Positions 24,682 through 39,460 of a DNA stretch of 64,000 nucleotides are shown here, in pieces. Below the pieces are notes generated by a model. That model made no database searches. It was not told the DNA's origin and worked only from the letters and a program-made list of their open reading frames with translations. The stretch is from Paecilomyces variotii (Eukaryota), in the NCBI GenBank assembly GCA_004022145.1, contig RCNU01000011.1, one strand, 5' to 3'. The number at the start of each line of letters is the position of its first letter. Position 1 is the first letter of the stretch. A program made the position numbers and the translations under genes.

Positions 24682-27600
24682 GCTTCGCTTTAGGGCCCAG
24701 CGGTAGTGGTGCTTTTTGATGTCGCAATAACAGTCTTCGACCGATATAGCACAAGGATAACCTCAATAATATAGAGAACGAGAGAAGCCTCCACTATGAC
24801 AGGCACTTGAGAGCAGGTCTAGGGAAGGGAATTTTGGAAAACATGCCCCGCGTCTTGCCACGGTGGAAAATCCCTAGTAATATAGACAGCACTGGACCTC
24901 CCAATGAAGCTCCATTAGGCTGGATATTTGTCTTGAGTCCTCAATTATTATTCGCCTAGTGCCATATCTCCTCAGAGTCGGGTGGCCAGTGAGAGCAGAT
25001 CGATATGGATCCAATGCTGACATGGCGCACGTTGCTGACTACGGCACGGGGTATTGGTTAGGTGGTCTTCACTGCTGTCATACTTCGAGACATCTTGCGT
25101 GGCGCTTTGTATATGGATCAATCGTAGTTCAGAAAAAAGTAAGACCATGGGACTGAAGACTCCGTCTGTTCACGTGGACTACTAGAAGCCTTACCTCAGC
25201 CATTATATGACAAAGTAGGCCTCAAGGCGACAATACACAATTGATACAGGCATCATGGCACTTTTGATTGCGATGATATCCTAAACGTAAATATTGCAGC
25301 AAGGGATTCGCGGGACGGCAGAGCATGTTGATCGTATCGTTGTAGGAGAACATCACGAAACCCAGGGGCCGTAGATCAAAATAAATGTTCATCTCAGGAG
25401 ATCGTGATCGCCCATAAAGGGATTTTGGACCCCGCGTCTTCAAATCTTCGGACATTTTCTAATGAGACGGGGTTGGTTATATGTGCATGTCATGTCGAGC
25501 ATCCCTGTCCAGGCCCCCTTTCAGCTCTACGATCTGCAGGTTCATGCAACAGACCCTCGCGCAAGATAATCAGATACGATCATCTCATCTCTCCACTACA
25601 GGGAACAAGGAGGTCGAAATAAGGCGAAACCTGTCTCTGTTGCTGTATGTAAGGGATCTTGGTGGCGGCGGGGCCGGAAATCTCCTCTCACCACGAGGAG
25701 TGGAAGAAACTCGAAGAATGCCAGTCGAAAACCACGAGCATTCCAATGATTTAAGCTTATTCGGACAGCCGGGGAAGTGACACGCGGTGGAATGATGTGT
25801 GTTTCATTGTTATTGGAAAGTTGAATCCTTTCTTTTTGCGGTGTTCTTGCGAGAATATAGATGATTAGGCGAGAACTGCGTATACAACGGACGCATAGCA
25901 GAGGATTCAACCAAGTGTTGCTCTGTGCGCTTACTAATTATTAATATGAACTGCTGTTGAGAGAACTAACTAATAATAATAATAATGTCGCTGAGAACTC
26001 AGAACTAGTGTTCATTTCCTCGGCTCCTGCTTAAGTGTCGTGTTACTCGTATTGAGAGGCGCTGGCCGCGCAAACCCCATCGACATACGAAGGCTAGGCC
26101 TCTCTCGAAGGCAAGGAAAAAAAAAATCAAAAATCCCACCCTCCACTTAATTATCTTGCCTTTCCTTGCAAATCTGTGCACGAGACCACCCACTACTCTG
26201 CTCTGGTTGTCATCCCTGTTCGTTCGCGATTATGGCAGACATCGTTGGTTGTACCATAGGATCATTGACGAGGGTATGCAATTGCCTAACAGCGTAAGGA
26301 TTCCGTCGGGAACTGGCGGCTGCTTCAAGGCCGGCAAACCGGGGCCGACCCGCAGGCTGGACGAAGTTTTTGAGCTCTAGAATTCCAAGACAATACTAAA
26401 TAATAATAATGCAATGCTTCTGGACCTCAGCAGTCAAACCCCACCGTGTCCGGTACGGCGGCACGTTGAACCCGCTGAGGAGCCATGGATTTGGGCTTTT
26501 TTTTTTCTTACTGTCCGATGTAATAAGTAATGGATAATTACTAAAAACCGTAGATGGTGCTCGGCAAGATCGTAGAGTATACTGTTGGGGAAGTCGGATA
26601 CGCAGGCAGACAAGTCGGGCATACGCACTCCCCTCCCTAGTCGCAGTCGTATGCCTTATCTCGCTTCTCTGGGATGTTACGCCCTCGTTGCGTGGTCGTG
26701 ATGGTTGGTTGCCGTTGGTCCGCGATAAAGTCGCATCATGAGCTTTCGAGGGCCGATGTACTCTAGTTCGAGTGGTTATCAGCACTTAGAGAACCCTGAA
26801 GCTGCAACCCGCTTTCTAGCAGCACAGTTAGTGTCAAGTTGGCCGTGATATAGCATAGTATAGTATAGTATGGTATCGTCAAGTAGGGCGGCGGTCAACA
26901 GAGAGGGCGTCTCGCTTATGTGATAGTGAGATGTGACTCGGGGCCTGTCCTGATCCGAAAAAAAAAAACTCACCAGAACTACTCCGTAATTGAATACTTT
27001 TTCTCGGTGCGAGTCCGTAAATGATCTCATATTATAGGTTAGGGCGTTAGTCACCGCCACCAGCGGGAACCAGTTATATATATCACAACTGGAGGATCCA
27101 CGTCCACGGCGCCACTTTTTGGGTTCCCGGAAGAACTCATGCGAAGACAACCGGGGATGAAGAGAGGAGAGGAATAAAATTTCTTCTTCTTTTTCACCGT
27201 TATCCAGTGTACCATAAACTCAAACGACAGGACAGGTCGTAAGGGTTTTGTACTTATATTGGCCGATCCAAAGGGATATATCAAGTCCCACCGGGATAAA
27301 GTAGCTTCGCAAATCCTCGCAGCTGATGTGCACCGATGAACACCGATGCCCATTGTGCTCTCAGCCTCTTCTGAAGTGGCTGGCCAGACCCACCGACGTG
27401 TTTTGGATCTGTGAGGCCAAGGAACACTCTAGATAAGGCTAAGGATGTAAGGAAAGACTAGTGAGCTGTCCGAGCCCTTCACGATATACATCGAGTAGTG
27501 CGACACCACCCCACCACGGCGCCCTGCCATGCGTGCTGCTTAATATAGCTACCGACAAGCAGCGAACTGCTGATTTGGACATGTTCGACTGTCAAACGGC

Positions 27601-28168
27601 ACGTCGGGATACCCCCGTGGGCCGATCGAGCACGGACAAGGACGCTGGGGCGCGAATGCATCCGGTACGGACTGTTAATCCGAGCTTTTTTACAATACCT
27701 ATCCAAAGATCTCGGCATCCTGGAGGACGAATCGAGATGCAAGGTGAGAGACACCGCCACCCCACTGCGGGTAAAAAGGTCTAGAGTAAAGTACAGTAGA
27801 GGCAAAGAACTACGTGGATGTTTCCATGTCGACTCTTCTGTTTGGTTGAATACAGTAGGAGGGTCGTAGCAGAGAGGGGAGGGGGCCTGAGGAGGTAGTC
27901 AGTTCTATTTCTCTCCCGGCATTCGCTGCCTGATAGTTGATGTTTCTGGTTGTTCGTTTTTTTCTTTTCTTCTTCCTTTTTTTTCTGGTAACCAAAAAAA
28001 AAGGCGAAAAGCTTCTTTCTACAGTTTCGCCTCGAGTGGACTGGGTCACTCGTTCTTTCGTTTCTTCGCTCGTTATCCCCAAGGTTAGGGCATGTAGGAT
28101 TCATTCCGCTCGCGATTCTCATCAGCTTGAGTCGCACTGCAGTAGTCGGTAGCAGGTCACTGCCCGGG

Positions 28169-31100
28169 ATGTTCTTCGCAAAGATGCAGCACTCAGTGCT
28201 CGTGATACTTTCGTTGCTGAGTGTGACGGCGCTATGTTGGCCCTATACCGAGTCGCTCGTTGACTATAATTTGAACGAAAATAAAACCGCTACGGGGCCG
28301 ATTGATTACTGGGGTGAATGGCCGGATCACGATTATCATCCATCGCCCGATAACTGGCGCTTCCCAATATATACGATCTTCTTGGACCGCATAGCCAACG
28401 GTGATCCGACGAATGATGACATTAACGGTACCTCCTTCGAGCATGTGCTGGACTCGAATCAGATGCGCCATGGAGGCGATCTGGTCGGTCTGATTGATAC
28501 GTTGGATTATATCCAGGGAATGGGCTTCAAGGTGTGTTTTCGTTTCGTATTATCTCATTGTTTCTGTTGCTGATCAAGCTAGGCCATCTACTTCGCTGGA
28601 ACGTACTTGATGAACCTGCCCTGGGCCTATGATGGTTACTCCCCGGTTGATACCACTCTGCTGGACATGCATCACGGTACCCTTGCGGATTGGAGACGGA
28701 CTATTGATGAGATCCACAAACGGGATATGTATGTTATCGTGGATAACACGCTGGCAACGTATGTATACATATCCCCAGAATCAAATCGGGTTATATTATA
28801 AGCTAACGCCATGGACTTCCGGCAGACTGAGCAACCTCATCGGTTTCAAAGGCCATCTCAACGACTCAGCCGATTTCAAAGCAAACGAATACGAAGTCGA
28901 ATGGATCACGGACAGACAGTATGTCGACTTCAAGTTCTCAAACGAGTACAATGAAACGTGCAACTACCCCAAGTTTTGGAACGAGGACGGCTACCCGTTG
29001 ACTACCGGCGGTGTCCAGGACCTGAAGGGCTGCTATAATAGTGACTTCGATCAGTACGGAGAACTGGAGGCTTTCGGCAACTTTCCTGACTGGCAGCGTC
29101 AACTTACCAAGTTCGCTTCGGTGCAGGATCGTCTGCGGGAGTGGCACAAGCCTGTTCGCGATATCATCACGAAACATTCCTGCATTCAGATTGCTAGTCT
29201 GGATGTCGATGGGTTTCGTTTTGACAAGGCCGTACAAGCAACCCTCGAGCCCCTGGGTGATATGACTGCTGTCTACCGTGAATGTGCAAAGAAATACGGC
29301 AAGGACAACTTCTTCCTCCCTGGAGAAATCACCTCTGGAAATACCTTTGGTAGTCTGTATCTCGGTCGCGGCCGTCAGCCAAATCAGCTTCCTGCCTCCG
29401 CTGGCGCTGGTGTCAAGATCACCAATGATTCAGACTCGTACTTCCTCAGAGAAGACGGGCACCAGGCGTTAGATGCCGCCGCCTTCCACTATACGATCTA
29501 TCGTTCGATGACCCGTTTCCTAGGAATGGACGGTAACCTGGTCGCCGGTTTTGACTTGCCCACGGACTTCATCGAAGCTTGGAACGGGATGCTTGTGACA
29601 AATGACTTCCTGAATGCTTTCACAGGCGAGCTGGACCCGAGACATATGTACGGTGTCTCCAATCAGGATAACTTCCGCTGGCCGGCAATCAAGAATGGCA
29701 CAGAGAAGTATCTCCTTGGTCTTTTCATCGTCACGTTGGAGCTCCCTGGAATCCCACTTATCTTGTGGGGTGAAGAACAGGCGATGTACGTCTTCGATGC
29801 CACTGCCACGAATTATCTGTTCGGCCGGCAGCCCCTGACATATCAAACCGCCTGGTGGACGCATGGCTGCTTCAGTCTGAACACGACGAAATTCTACGAT
29901 TTCCCTAATGACAAGGGACTGAACGGTTGCAACGACATCACGGTCACGTACGACCAGCGGAACCCGGCTCACCCGCTGCGCAATATCATGAAGCGCATGT
30001 TCGAGATTCGGGAGCAGTATCCGGTGGCCAATGACGGTTTGTATTTGGAGACGATATCCCAGCTTACAAAGAACGTTTATCTGCCAGGTTCATCGGGAAC
30101 TCCCACAGTGACCGGTCTGTGGTCGGTATTGCGAACCTACTTCCCAGGAGTCCAGAAGCAGGCTACCGGCGATAGCAACAGCACCTTTTGGCTTGTCTAC
30201 CATAACGACAACAAAACAGTTACCTATGGCGGCGACTGCGACAAGACGGATACCGCGCTGTTGGCACCGTTCAAGTCAGGGACGAAGCTCAAGAGTGTGT
30301 TCTACCCTTACGACGAGATCACTGTGGGTGCTGGTCCCAGCCAGAACAACACCAATGACTACGGATGCATTTCTAGCATGAAATTGCTGCCATGGGAATA
30401 CCGCGCCTACGTCGAAGCCGAAAACTTCGTTGATCCCGGTCCTACTGTCACCGAGTTTCTGCCCGGTCACGATGCCCGATTGCTATCTTCGACAGATAAT
30501 GGTGAGACTATCGACATCCAGCTTGGATATTCACTTGAGATGGACTGTGACGGTATCACCAACGCAATCTCTCTCAACTCCACGACAGAAAAGGGTATCA
30601 CAGCCTCTCTTGATACGTCAAGCGTCAACTGCACCAAAGTCACTCCGAGGACGACCAGTAACAATTACGTTGGAGAGATACCCACCGTCTGGACATGGTC
30701 CGCCAAGCTGAACAATGTCCATCACGGAATCCACCAGCTGACGGTCAAGAACGTCTCGACGACGTCCGGCGTCCACACGAATGCTGTTGATCGGTTCTTG
30801 TTCCGTGTCGGAAGTCAGAATAATCCCCTGCTGTCTCCGTTTGCCAATTACTCCACCAGTCTTGTACACAAATCCGACGATGGCAGTTTCTATATCGAGC
30901 ATGCTGCCGCTGGAGCTGATCAGTTCCGATACTCCACTAATTTCGGTCTGACCTGGTCCGACTGGCAGGCATATAAGGGTGGCAACACGACCGTCGAGAT
31001 CACACCTTTCACCGGTACAAAAGCTCAGAAGTGGGAGGGAACTCACATCCGCGTGCAGTACTTCTCGAAACTCACCGGCAGCAGTGATTATGTCCAGGAA

Positions 31101-34100
31101 GGTGATTATGGCTGGAAGGACGGCGTGCCACGACGATTCCCGAATATGTTCTGGAACGGTCCGTACAACCAATTCGGCTACGATGCAGGACTGCCTAACA
31201 AGATGAGATTCGACACCGAGGAGCGTCGCTGGAAGTTTGATTTCGTCTATGAGTGGCCGGCTGTGGGACAAATCAGTGTCTGGGGATCTGATAAGGATGG
31301 CACGCCCGATCAGACAGCAGTATATGGGGATGTCGATAACTCGTCGGTCGTGCAGAGGCTCCCCCCGTCCTATCTATCGTCCAACGTGATCAACATGACC
31401 CAGTTGCCTCCATTCCCGCATCTCGGCTGGACCATCTCGCTTGACGACAGCAACTTGAGATATGAGCTGATTCCAGTCGGGTCTGGATGGGCCCAACTCG
31501 TGCTATACGTTCTCCTCTGGGTCATCCCGGTTCTCATGGGTCTTGCCGGAGTGTTTATCTTCATTCGGACTTTCTACCGCGTTAAACTCAACCGGGATGG
31601 CAACGTGGCTGCAGAAGACAAGCTGCCTCTCTTGTTTTGGCGCAAAGTTCGAGGAAAGCTCGGCAGAGATGATTCCATGGACGGTGCATTGTCTGAGAAA
31701 GCTCTGCCGCCAACGGAAATTGCTATCGCGGCGGCCCCTGAGCGTCGGCGTACGGTGTTGATTGCCACGATGGAATACAACATTGAAGATTGGAAAGTCA
31801 AGGTCAAGATCGGTGGTCTAGGTGTTATGGCACAGCTCATGTCCCAGAATCTGGGCCACCAAAACCTCATCTGGGTGGTTCCGTGTGTCGGCGACATTGA
31901 CTATCCTCGGGACTCTCCAACTGAGCCATTTGTGGTCACTATCCTAGACAAAGCCTACTTGGTCAACGTTCAGTATCATGTCGTCGGCAACATCACCTAC
32001 GTCTTACTCGACGCTCCTGTTTTCCGCCAGCAGACCAAGGCAGAGCCCTACCCTCCTCGCATGGATGATCTCGACAGCGCAATCTACTATTCAGCGTGGA
32101 ACCAGTGTATCGCAGAGACAATCAAACGTTTCCCTTCAATCGACCTCTACCACATCAATGATTTCCACGGATGTCTGGCGCCACTTTACCTGCTGCCGAC
32201 GCGTACTATTCCCGTCTGTCTATCCTTGCACAACGCCGAGTTCCAGGGTCTGTGGCCACTGAGGAACCCTCAAGAGAAGAAGGAAGTATGCGCGGTCTTC
32301 AACCTACCTATCGAAACTGCATCCAAATACGCTCAATTCGGAAACGTGTTCAACCTGCTCCACGCCGGTGCTAGCTATCTCCGCTTCCACCAGCGCGGCT
32401 TCGGTGCAGTGGGTGTGTCCAAGAAGTACGGAAAGCGCTCATGGGCTCGGTATCCGATTTTCTGGAGTCTCGAAAAAATCGGCAGTCTTCCAAACCCCGA
32501 TCCTTCTGACACTGGCGCCCTGGAGGCGGACCCTGACGCTGAGGCTCCTATCCAACCCTACGAAGAGCGCATCAACGACAAGCTGCAGGCACAGAAATGG
32601 GCTGGTCTGAACCAAGACCGCAACGCGGACCTATTGGTGTTCGTCGGACGATGGTCGAAGCAGAAGGGTGTAGATTTGATTGCAGACGTTATACCTGCTG
32701 TTCTAGCCTCCAGGCCTCAGGTGCAGCTGATCTGTGTTGGTCCCATCATCGATCTGTACGGTAAGCTCGCTGCTATCAAGCTCGAGCGCATCATGGCAAT
32801 GTATCCCGGTCGAGTGTTCTCAAAGCCCGAGTTCACTGTTCTTCCCCCATACGTGTTTTCCGGTGCCGACTTCGCCCTGATCCCGTCTAGAGACGAGCCC
32901 TTCGGTCTGATTGCCGTCGAGTTCGGCCGTAAGGGTGCTCTGGGAATTGGTTCTCGCATTGGAGGTCTCGGGCAGATGCCCGGCTGGTGGTACACGGTTG
33001 AATCTGACGCAACCCGTCATCTCCTGCACCAGCTGAGAACTGCTATCAAATCGGCTTTGGACTCGTCACAGGAAACTCGGGAGTCGATGCGTGCAAAGTC
33101 CGCCAAGCAGCGTTTTCCTGTGCTTGAATGGATCCAGAAACTTGAAACGCTCCAACGCACTGCGATCCAGATCCACCACGCGAAGAACAAGAGCACAGTG
33201 GCGGGCCCGATGCCAGAGTCTCAGAGCTACTGGGAGACGCAGAGCACGCGTTCATCCGCGCCAGAACTTCCTCGATCAACTCAGTCGATGACGGAGAGTC
33301 TGGAGACGCCGCCAGGGGAAATGATCCAGCATGCCCAGGAGAGACTTGAAGAGATCCAGGCGGCTGGAGGAGAAGGCAAGAAGAACGGTCTGGGACGCAA
33401 ACTCTCGCTCGGTCGACGAGCTGGACCTGGCCAGGGCAGAAAGCGTCTGAGCAAGAAACCACCACGCGAGAGCCAGATCTATGACGACGATGAAACCACC
33501 GATGCTGACGATGACGGCACTGCTACTCCGCGAGTGAACTATATCTCTCCCGAAGAGGCCATGGACGCTATCAACCACACTCTTGGCTCTCAGGATATCG
33601 GCACACCTCGCTGGAATAACAGCACCAACTCGTTGTCGCTAGCTGGTCCCCGGGCGTCTTACTTCACTGTGCCCGGCTCTCCGTACTATATCTCGCGGTC
33701 TTCGTCTCCGGCTCCCAGAACACCTTCCGAACTACCATACCAATACCATGCTTTCTCCGGTGACAACACTCCCCTGTCTCAGTCTCGCAATGTCTCCGTG
33801 CTGTCCTTGCCCTCGGTCGTCGCCGATCACAAGCAGCCCGTCTTCGAGCTGCAAAAGGTCGACCCAACCTTCACGGACAGCATGGGCCACTTCACACGAC
33901 GCTTCGAGGAGATGCTCAGCAATCTGAACAAGAAAAACTCCACGACTGACTGCTGTATCGAGACATATCTGATGAAGAGCGAGCGCAAGTTCTTCAACAT
34001 GTACACTGACGCCCAGCTCAAGAAGCAATCCAAGAACCATCCAGTGTCCGATATCACTGCGGACAGCTTTGTCGAGGATACGCAATACAACCGCGTCTCG

Positions 34101-35592
34101 CACACCACCGGAAGTTCAGAGTCGCACGAGGAAGCGGATGAAATGGATCAATGGCTCTCTCGTCTGGGATACAAGCGGCCGATGGTGATTCAAAGATTCA
34201 TGCGACGCCGGATCGGAAACTGGCCTATCTACGCTCTATTCCTCGGTCTGGGACAGATCATCGCGACCAACTCGGCCCAAATCACCCTGCTTGTCGGCCA
34301 GGTAGGTGAGACGGCAACGAAGCTGTACATCATCGCGGCGATCTACTGCGTTACCTCGATCATCTGGTGGTTCATGTTCTACCGCTTCCCATCAGTGATC
34401 GTCCTCACGCTCCCGTGGTTCATATACGGATTTGCCTTCGTCATCATTGGCGTCTCTCCATTCGGTCTCTCCAGCCTCGGAAGAGGATGGGCTCAGAACG
34501 TCGCAGCTGGCGTCTACTCCGCAGCGTCTTCTTCCGGGTCGTTATTCTTCGCCCTCAACTTCGGTGACCAGGGCGCCGTCCCCGTGAAAGACTGGATGTT
34601 CCGCGCAAGTCTCATCCAGGGTATCCAGCAGATCTACACGGTCGTGCTCTGGTACTGGAGTTCCAAGGTCACAGCCGCGGAAATCGGAGGCGTCTCCAGC
34701 GCGGCTCTGAGATCATGGATCCTAACGGCCGTGACGATGCCCATTGCCGGATTATGCTTCCTCATCGGCATCCTCCTCGCACTGGGCCTGCCCAAATACT
34801 ACCGTCAATCGCCCGGCCGGATCCTCTTCTTCTACACCTCTCTCTTCCGTCGGCGCATCGTCCTCTGGTTCTTCTTCATGGTCATCATCCAGAACTGGTT
34901 CCTCGCCGCTGAATTCGGTCGTAACTGGTCCTTCCTCTGGTCCTCCCAACACGCCAATGCATGGGAGGTCGCCATCCTGGTCGTCTTCTTCTTCATCGTC
35001 CTCTGGGTCATCATCCTCTTCATCTTCCGCTACCTATCCAAGGAACACAGCTGGATCCTGCCCGTTTTCGGTCTCAGTATCGGCGCACCACGCTGGGCTC
35101 AAACATGGTGGGGAACGTCCAATATAGGCTACTACCTCCCCTGGGCAGGAAGTCTTATATCCGGCTCTCTTGTCTCGCGCTGTCTCTGGCTGTGGTTGGG
35201 CGTCCTCGACGAGATCCAACAGGTCGGTCTGGGCATGATTCTTCTGCAGACCCTGACGAGAGTACATGTTTGTTTCGTCCTATTAGCCGCGCAGGCGTTG
35301 GGGTCGATCGCTACGATCTGCGCGCGTGGGTTCGCACCGAATAAAATTGGGCCAGGAGATATCTCTCCGAATGTGGGCACGTCACCGACTGCGGTTGGGA
35401 ATGCTTGGTTCTGGATCGCTCTTTTCTTTCAGCTTTTGGCGAGGTAAGATATATGATATACCCCCCTGTCCCCGCTCCCTTACTTATCCATTTATCCATC
35501 TCTATATACATATACCCGTATACGATAACTAACATAAATCCAGCTTCGGCTTCCTCCTCTTCTACCGTCGGGAACAGCTGAATAAACCCTAA
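28169..35592 (+). CDS. ags: Cell-wall alpha-1,3-glucan synthase (GH13 + GT5 + multi-TM), 4 exons
   Basis: Signal peptide; YHPSPDNWRFP, DGFRFDKA and LPGE (GH13); IATMEYNIEDWKVKVKIGGLGVMAQLM, VFVGRWSKQKG and PSRDEPFGL (GT5); long hydrophobic C-terminus ending REQLNKP* at 35592. Introns about 28532-28582, 28759-28825 and 35444-35543. Paralog number not assigned. Confidence 0.97.
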
Positions 35593-35836
35593 ACCAAACC
35601 AGACAAGACAAAAGACAAGACAAGACACATCTCAACTCATGAACGAACATCCCATCCCATCCATCTATCTATCATATTGTCTGTCTTTTATCAGAAATTA
35701 TACGATACGCCAAAAAGACAACAAACAACGCCATGCATTTACTTATACCCACGACCCAATCAATGATTACCTATGCATGGCATGACCCATGATTTCGAAA
35801 CTTGATCTCTTGCTTTTCTGGCGCTTATAACCTCTT

Positions 35837-35883
35837 ACTCACTCACTCACTCACTCAATCGATCGATCGATCTGATCTGATCT
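35837..35883. repeat. Compound microsatellite (ACTC)5 followed by GATC/TGATC units
   Basis: actcactcactcactcactc aatcgatcgatcgatctgatctgatct, in the ags 3' flank. Confidence 0.8.
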
Positions 35884-36618
35884 CGTCATTTATTATATAT
35901 CTGGGTGGAAATCTGTTTTATGCTCTCGTGTTAACTCTTGGGTATATATAGTTATAACTCGGAAGGGAAGGAAGTTACGGAAAGAGGGAGTATATATTAT
36001 TATATATACTTTTCTTCTTTATAGTGGTTTTTTTTTTTTTGGTTTTGGATATGCAGGATTCGCATATGTTTATATTATTGTTGCGTCCTTGCTTGGTTGC
36101 TTGGTTGCTTGCGTTTTGTTTGCTGTTGTTGTTGCTGTTGTTGTATATAACCATTGGTATATAACTCGTTCTAGATTTGACGGTGAATCAATCCTAGCTA
36201 TTGATTGGGATGGATATGAATAGTTAGTTACAAGGCTTATATAAACGAATAGCCCTAAGTGAAATCTGTCAATAAATTGTCCACCGAGTTGCCACAGTAT
36301 ATGTTTGTTATTTCTAATTCTCTCCTAGATATTCTAATACACCAGGATATTTATTCATCTACACATTGCTTTTTCCATTCCGTTCCTCTAATCTCCAGTA
36401 TCCTATCACATAACAACTAAACAAACCATGCTACATGCCAAATGACAAGTCCCAAAACGCCCGGATGTATCCTGCGCCATTCAATAATGGAAAAATGTAT
36501 ATGTACATGTACATGTAGAGAGGGGTGAGGGTGAGGAGAATTATCATGCGTATGTATCTAAAAAATTTTAGAATCCTGACTTCGCAATTGATCCAACAGA
36601 GTTGAATTACCAAGGTCG

Positions 36619-39460
36619 TCAGAATGAATTCGGATTCGTATCCACGGCAAAATCAAAGAAGCCGTCCTCCAGGATACTGCCCAGACCGAAGAGATTGTCT
36701 GCGTCGAATCCAACCTGCATGCCCAGTTCAGGGACGAAGCCAGCGTAAACAGGTTGATCCATTGCCGTCACCATCGGGTATTCCTGACCTGGAGGCGGTT
36801 GGAAGGCCGTGGGCTGTTGGGAATAGAGTTGATGAGAGGTCGAAGTGGCCGAGATGCTGGGCGGCGGAGGATATTGGGACCATGTATCTTGCATGGTGTT
36901 CACACCGTGTCCCTGATCTTGGGCTAGAGCCGAACCTACAGTAACTCCAGGCCCGTTGATTTGAGGCGGAGGCGGGTACTGCGACTGTTCCTGGGACTGC
37001 ATCTGGCTCGATCCCGGTCGGTTATTCGCATCCATGGCCACTTCGCTGAGGAGATGAAGAGGCGTGGTACCCGGCTGTTGCTATCCATATCAGCAGCTGG
37101 ACAAAAAGCAGACATAAAAGAAAACACAACATACTTTATCATGATCTCCCTTCTCAGAGGACCTTTGCTGGCTGCTGCCCTCCCTGGACGAGTCATGGTC
37201 CTTTCGCTTCAAGAACCAGTTTTTCAACATACTCAAGACCACGGCAAACTTTGCTACCGTCCGTCCGCCATCATTATTTCCGGCCACTTTGAAGTGTTGA
37301 GTAACCTTATCGAGATAGTATTCCACCTTCAAATCGGCAGGGTCAAAGACCTGTCCTAGTCGGCTGTCCTGTGCAGAGGTAGCCGAAAAGAGCTTGATCA
37401 GCGCGACCGCCACGTAGGACGTCCGCGCAAAGAATATGGTCGGCAGAGCCAGGATCGTCTTCTGATCCAACGAGCACATGATATCAAGGGACTCATGGAT
37501 CGATGTCAGACACGAGGTGAGAGCGTCCACATGGGCAGGGGTAGTATGCTCGGTCAGCGCGCCCTCTCGCGCTGACGAGACAAAGGGTGGTCTGAAGTCG
37601 TCGATGTTATGATCCACATGCATTGCGATTTCGTGCATGTAGACGTTGAGGATCTGCTCGAAATGCCTCATGGTAGCTATGGTTCATTAGTAATTGCCCC
37701 GTCTCAGGAAGGGATGCTGCATACGGGAATAGAATTCTGAAGGGATTTCTCGGCGCCACTGATCCATCTGCTTTTCGAAACCCTTCAGGGCATACTGGAC
37801 CTTGGGATCATGCAACGACAGACTCGTAACAGGATCGTCCATGGAGAACTGAAAACTGACTTCCTCGCCAATACGGGCCAGCTTCAGCCAGTGCGTCAAA
37901 GACCTGTCAGACGGTAGCGCATCCGGGGAATTCTGAAAGATATCGAGACATTCGTCCATATAAGGAGACCACCGCACTAGTAGCGCACGGCGCAGAGCAA
38001 ACGTTGATCTGGATTCGTCAGCTCACGTTTCATAAACAACGACAAACAAAGCCAACAACATACAGTAAAGCCATAAAATAGCATCCTGCCCACGCTCTCC
38101 TCGTCTCGGGAGCATCTGGGTCCAACGAGCTAGCTTTCTTCCCAAGGATCTCCCGCCACACCCCAAACGGCGGTTTGTGCTTTGTCCTTGTCCGCCGGTT
38201 CATACCAATATCCATACCCAGGATGGCTGCCATATGGATCAACTGGTAGAACTTGAGCTCCTCGAAATGGTCTGGCGGAGGATACCAGAGACAAGCCACG
38301 AGGAGCGCCTGCACAAGCTCGAGAGTCTTTTCGCCCTTGACGAGGACCCGCTCTGCAATGACGCGATAGACAGCGTTGGTCAGTTGCAAGTGGATCGCAG
38401 GCTGGAAGGGACTAATCGAAACGGAAAGGATAGCGAGAAAGAGGATCGGCTTCGTCCTTCGAATGTCACCCATCTTCGTGCCAGGTGGGAAAACGACAAA
38501 GGGCAGTACAGGTGCCATATCCGCCGCATACCGATTGAACGCCTTGTTCGCTATCTCAACATCCACAAGGCCTTTGTCAATGACGTCCGCAAACTCATGT
38601 CCGGCATCTGGCTTCGGTACGAAGATGCTGCTCCACACCCCAGATAAGTCCCCAACGTCGCGCGCCTGTTGCTCCGGTTGCGGGCTGCGAGAACGCGGAT
38701 TCTGCGGTGCGAGAAAGCCGCCGTAGCCAGCACCCTTGAATTCACCACTATGCTGTCGCTTATTACCCGCCAGATGTGCTGGAGAACCCATGACGGAAGT
38801 ATCTCTCGACGCTCGACGGTCAACGCCCTGCCGTGGAGGCGGTCCTCCTCCCAGCCATCGTCGCGGGGTCGGCTCCTCAGTATATAGTCGGGGTGTCCCT
38901 ACCTCCGCCACGGGATTCTGACCGCGCGTCGCCTGCAGACTGGCAGTGAGGGCATCAATCTTCTTCTCCAGCTCCGCGACGCGACTGTCCGTCTTCTTCT
39001 GGCGCTTGCGCGTAGGTGCCGTCACCACACACGTCCTGCCAGCCTTTGCACACCGCCGACATGCCCCAGTCGGGTGGTTATCATCCGGTTCGCAGCGGAC
39101 CTTGAGCTGTCGACAAGCCTCGCACGCGCGCGGGCGCTTCAGATCCCCCAGAGGGTCATCAGGATCGATGTGGTGTTGTTCATGAGACGGCGCGCCTGCA
39201 ATAGCGGCCGGTTCGCTGGGATAGTAGGAGTGCGACGCATGAGGGACAGCACCGTAGTAACCATGACCGCTGGAGGACGGCGTAGGCGAATGGAATTGAT
39301 CACTGGGTGAGACATGCGAGGGCACCTCCGGATATCCACCCGTAGTCGAATGCGCAGACTGCGGCGTCGGCTCGTATGCGTGGTGGTGTAGGGCTGGCGA
39401 ACCGGTTACACCGCCAGTAGTATTGTCGCCGGGAGATCGCAGACGAGGATCGATCTCCAT
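36619..39460 (-). CDS. Zn(II)2Cys6 transcription factor (PriB-like architecture), 4 exons
   Basis: KRPRACEACRQLKVRC...CRRCAKAGRTC; RVAELEKKIDALT coiled coil; ETRRAWAGCY, RWSPYMDECL and YMHEIAMHVDH in successive ORFs separated by GT-AG introns. Confidence 0.92.

Noticed and set aside
26900..28168. RlmA/MADS-box sites in the ags promoter
   Set aside because: Only near-matches (e.g. TTAATATAG near 27540); I found no full CTA(A/T)4TAG.
28629..28825. Apparent N-terminus of the 2272-aa ORF (MMVTPRL...)
   Set aside because: Off-frame read-through of exon 2 and intron 2 of ags; the real start is ATG 28169.
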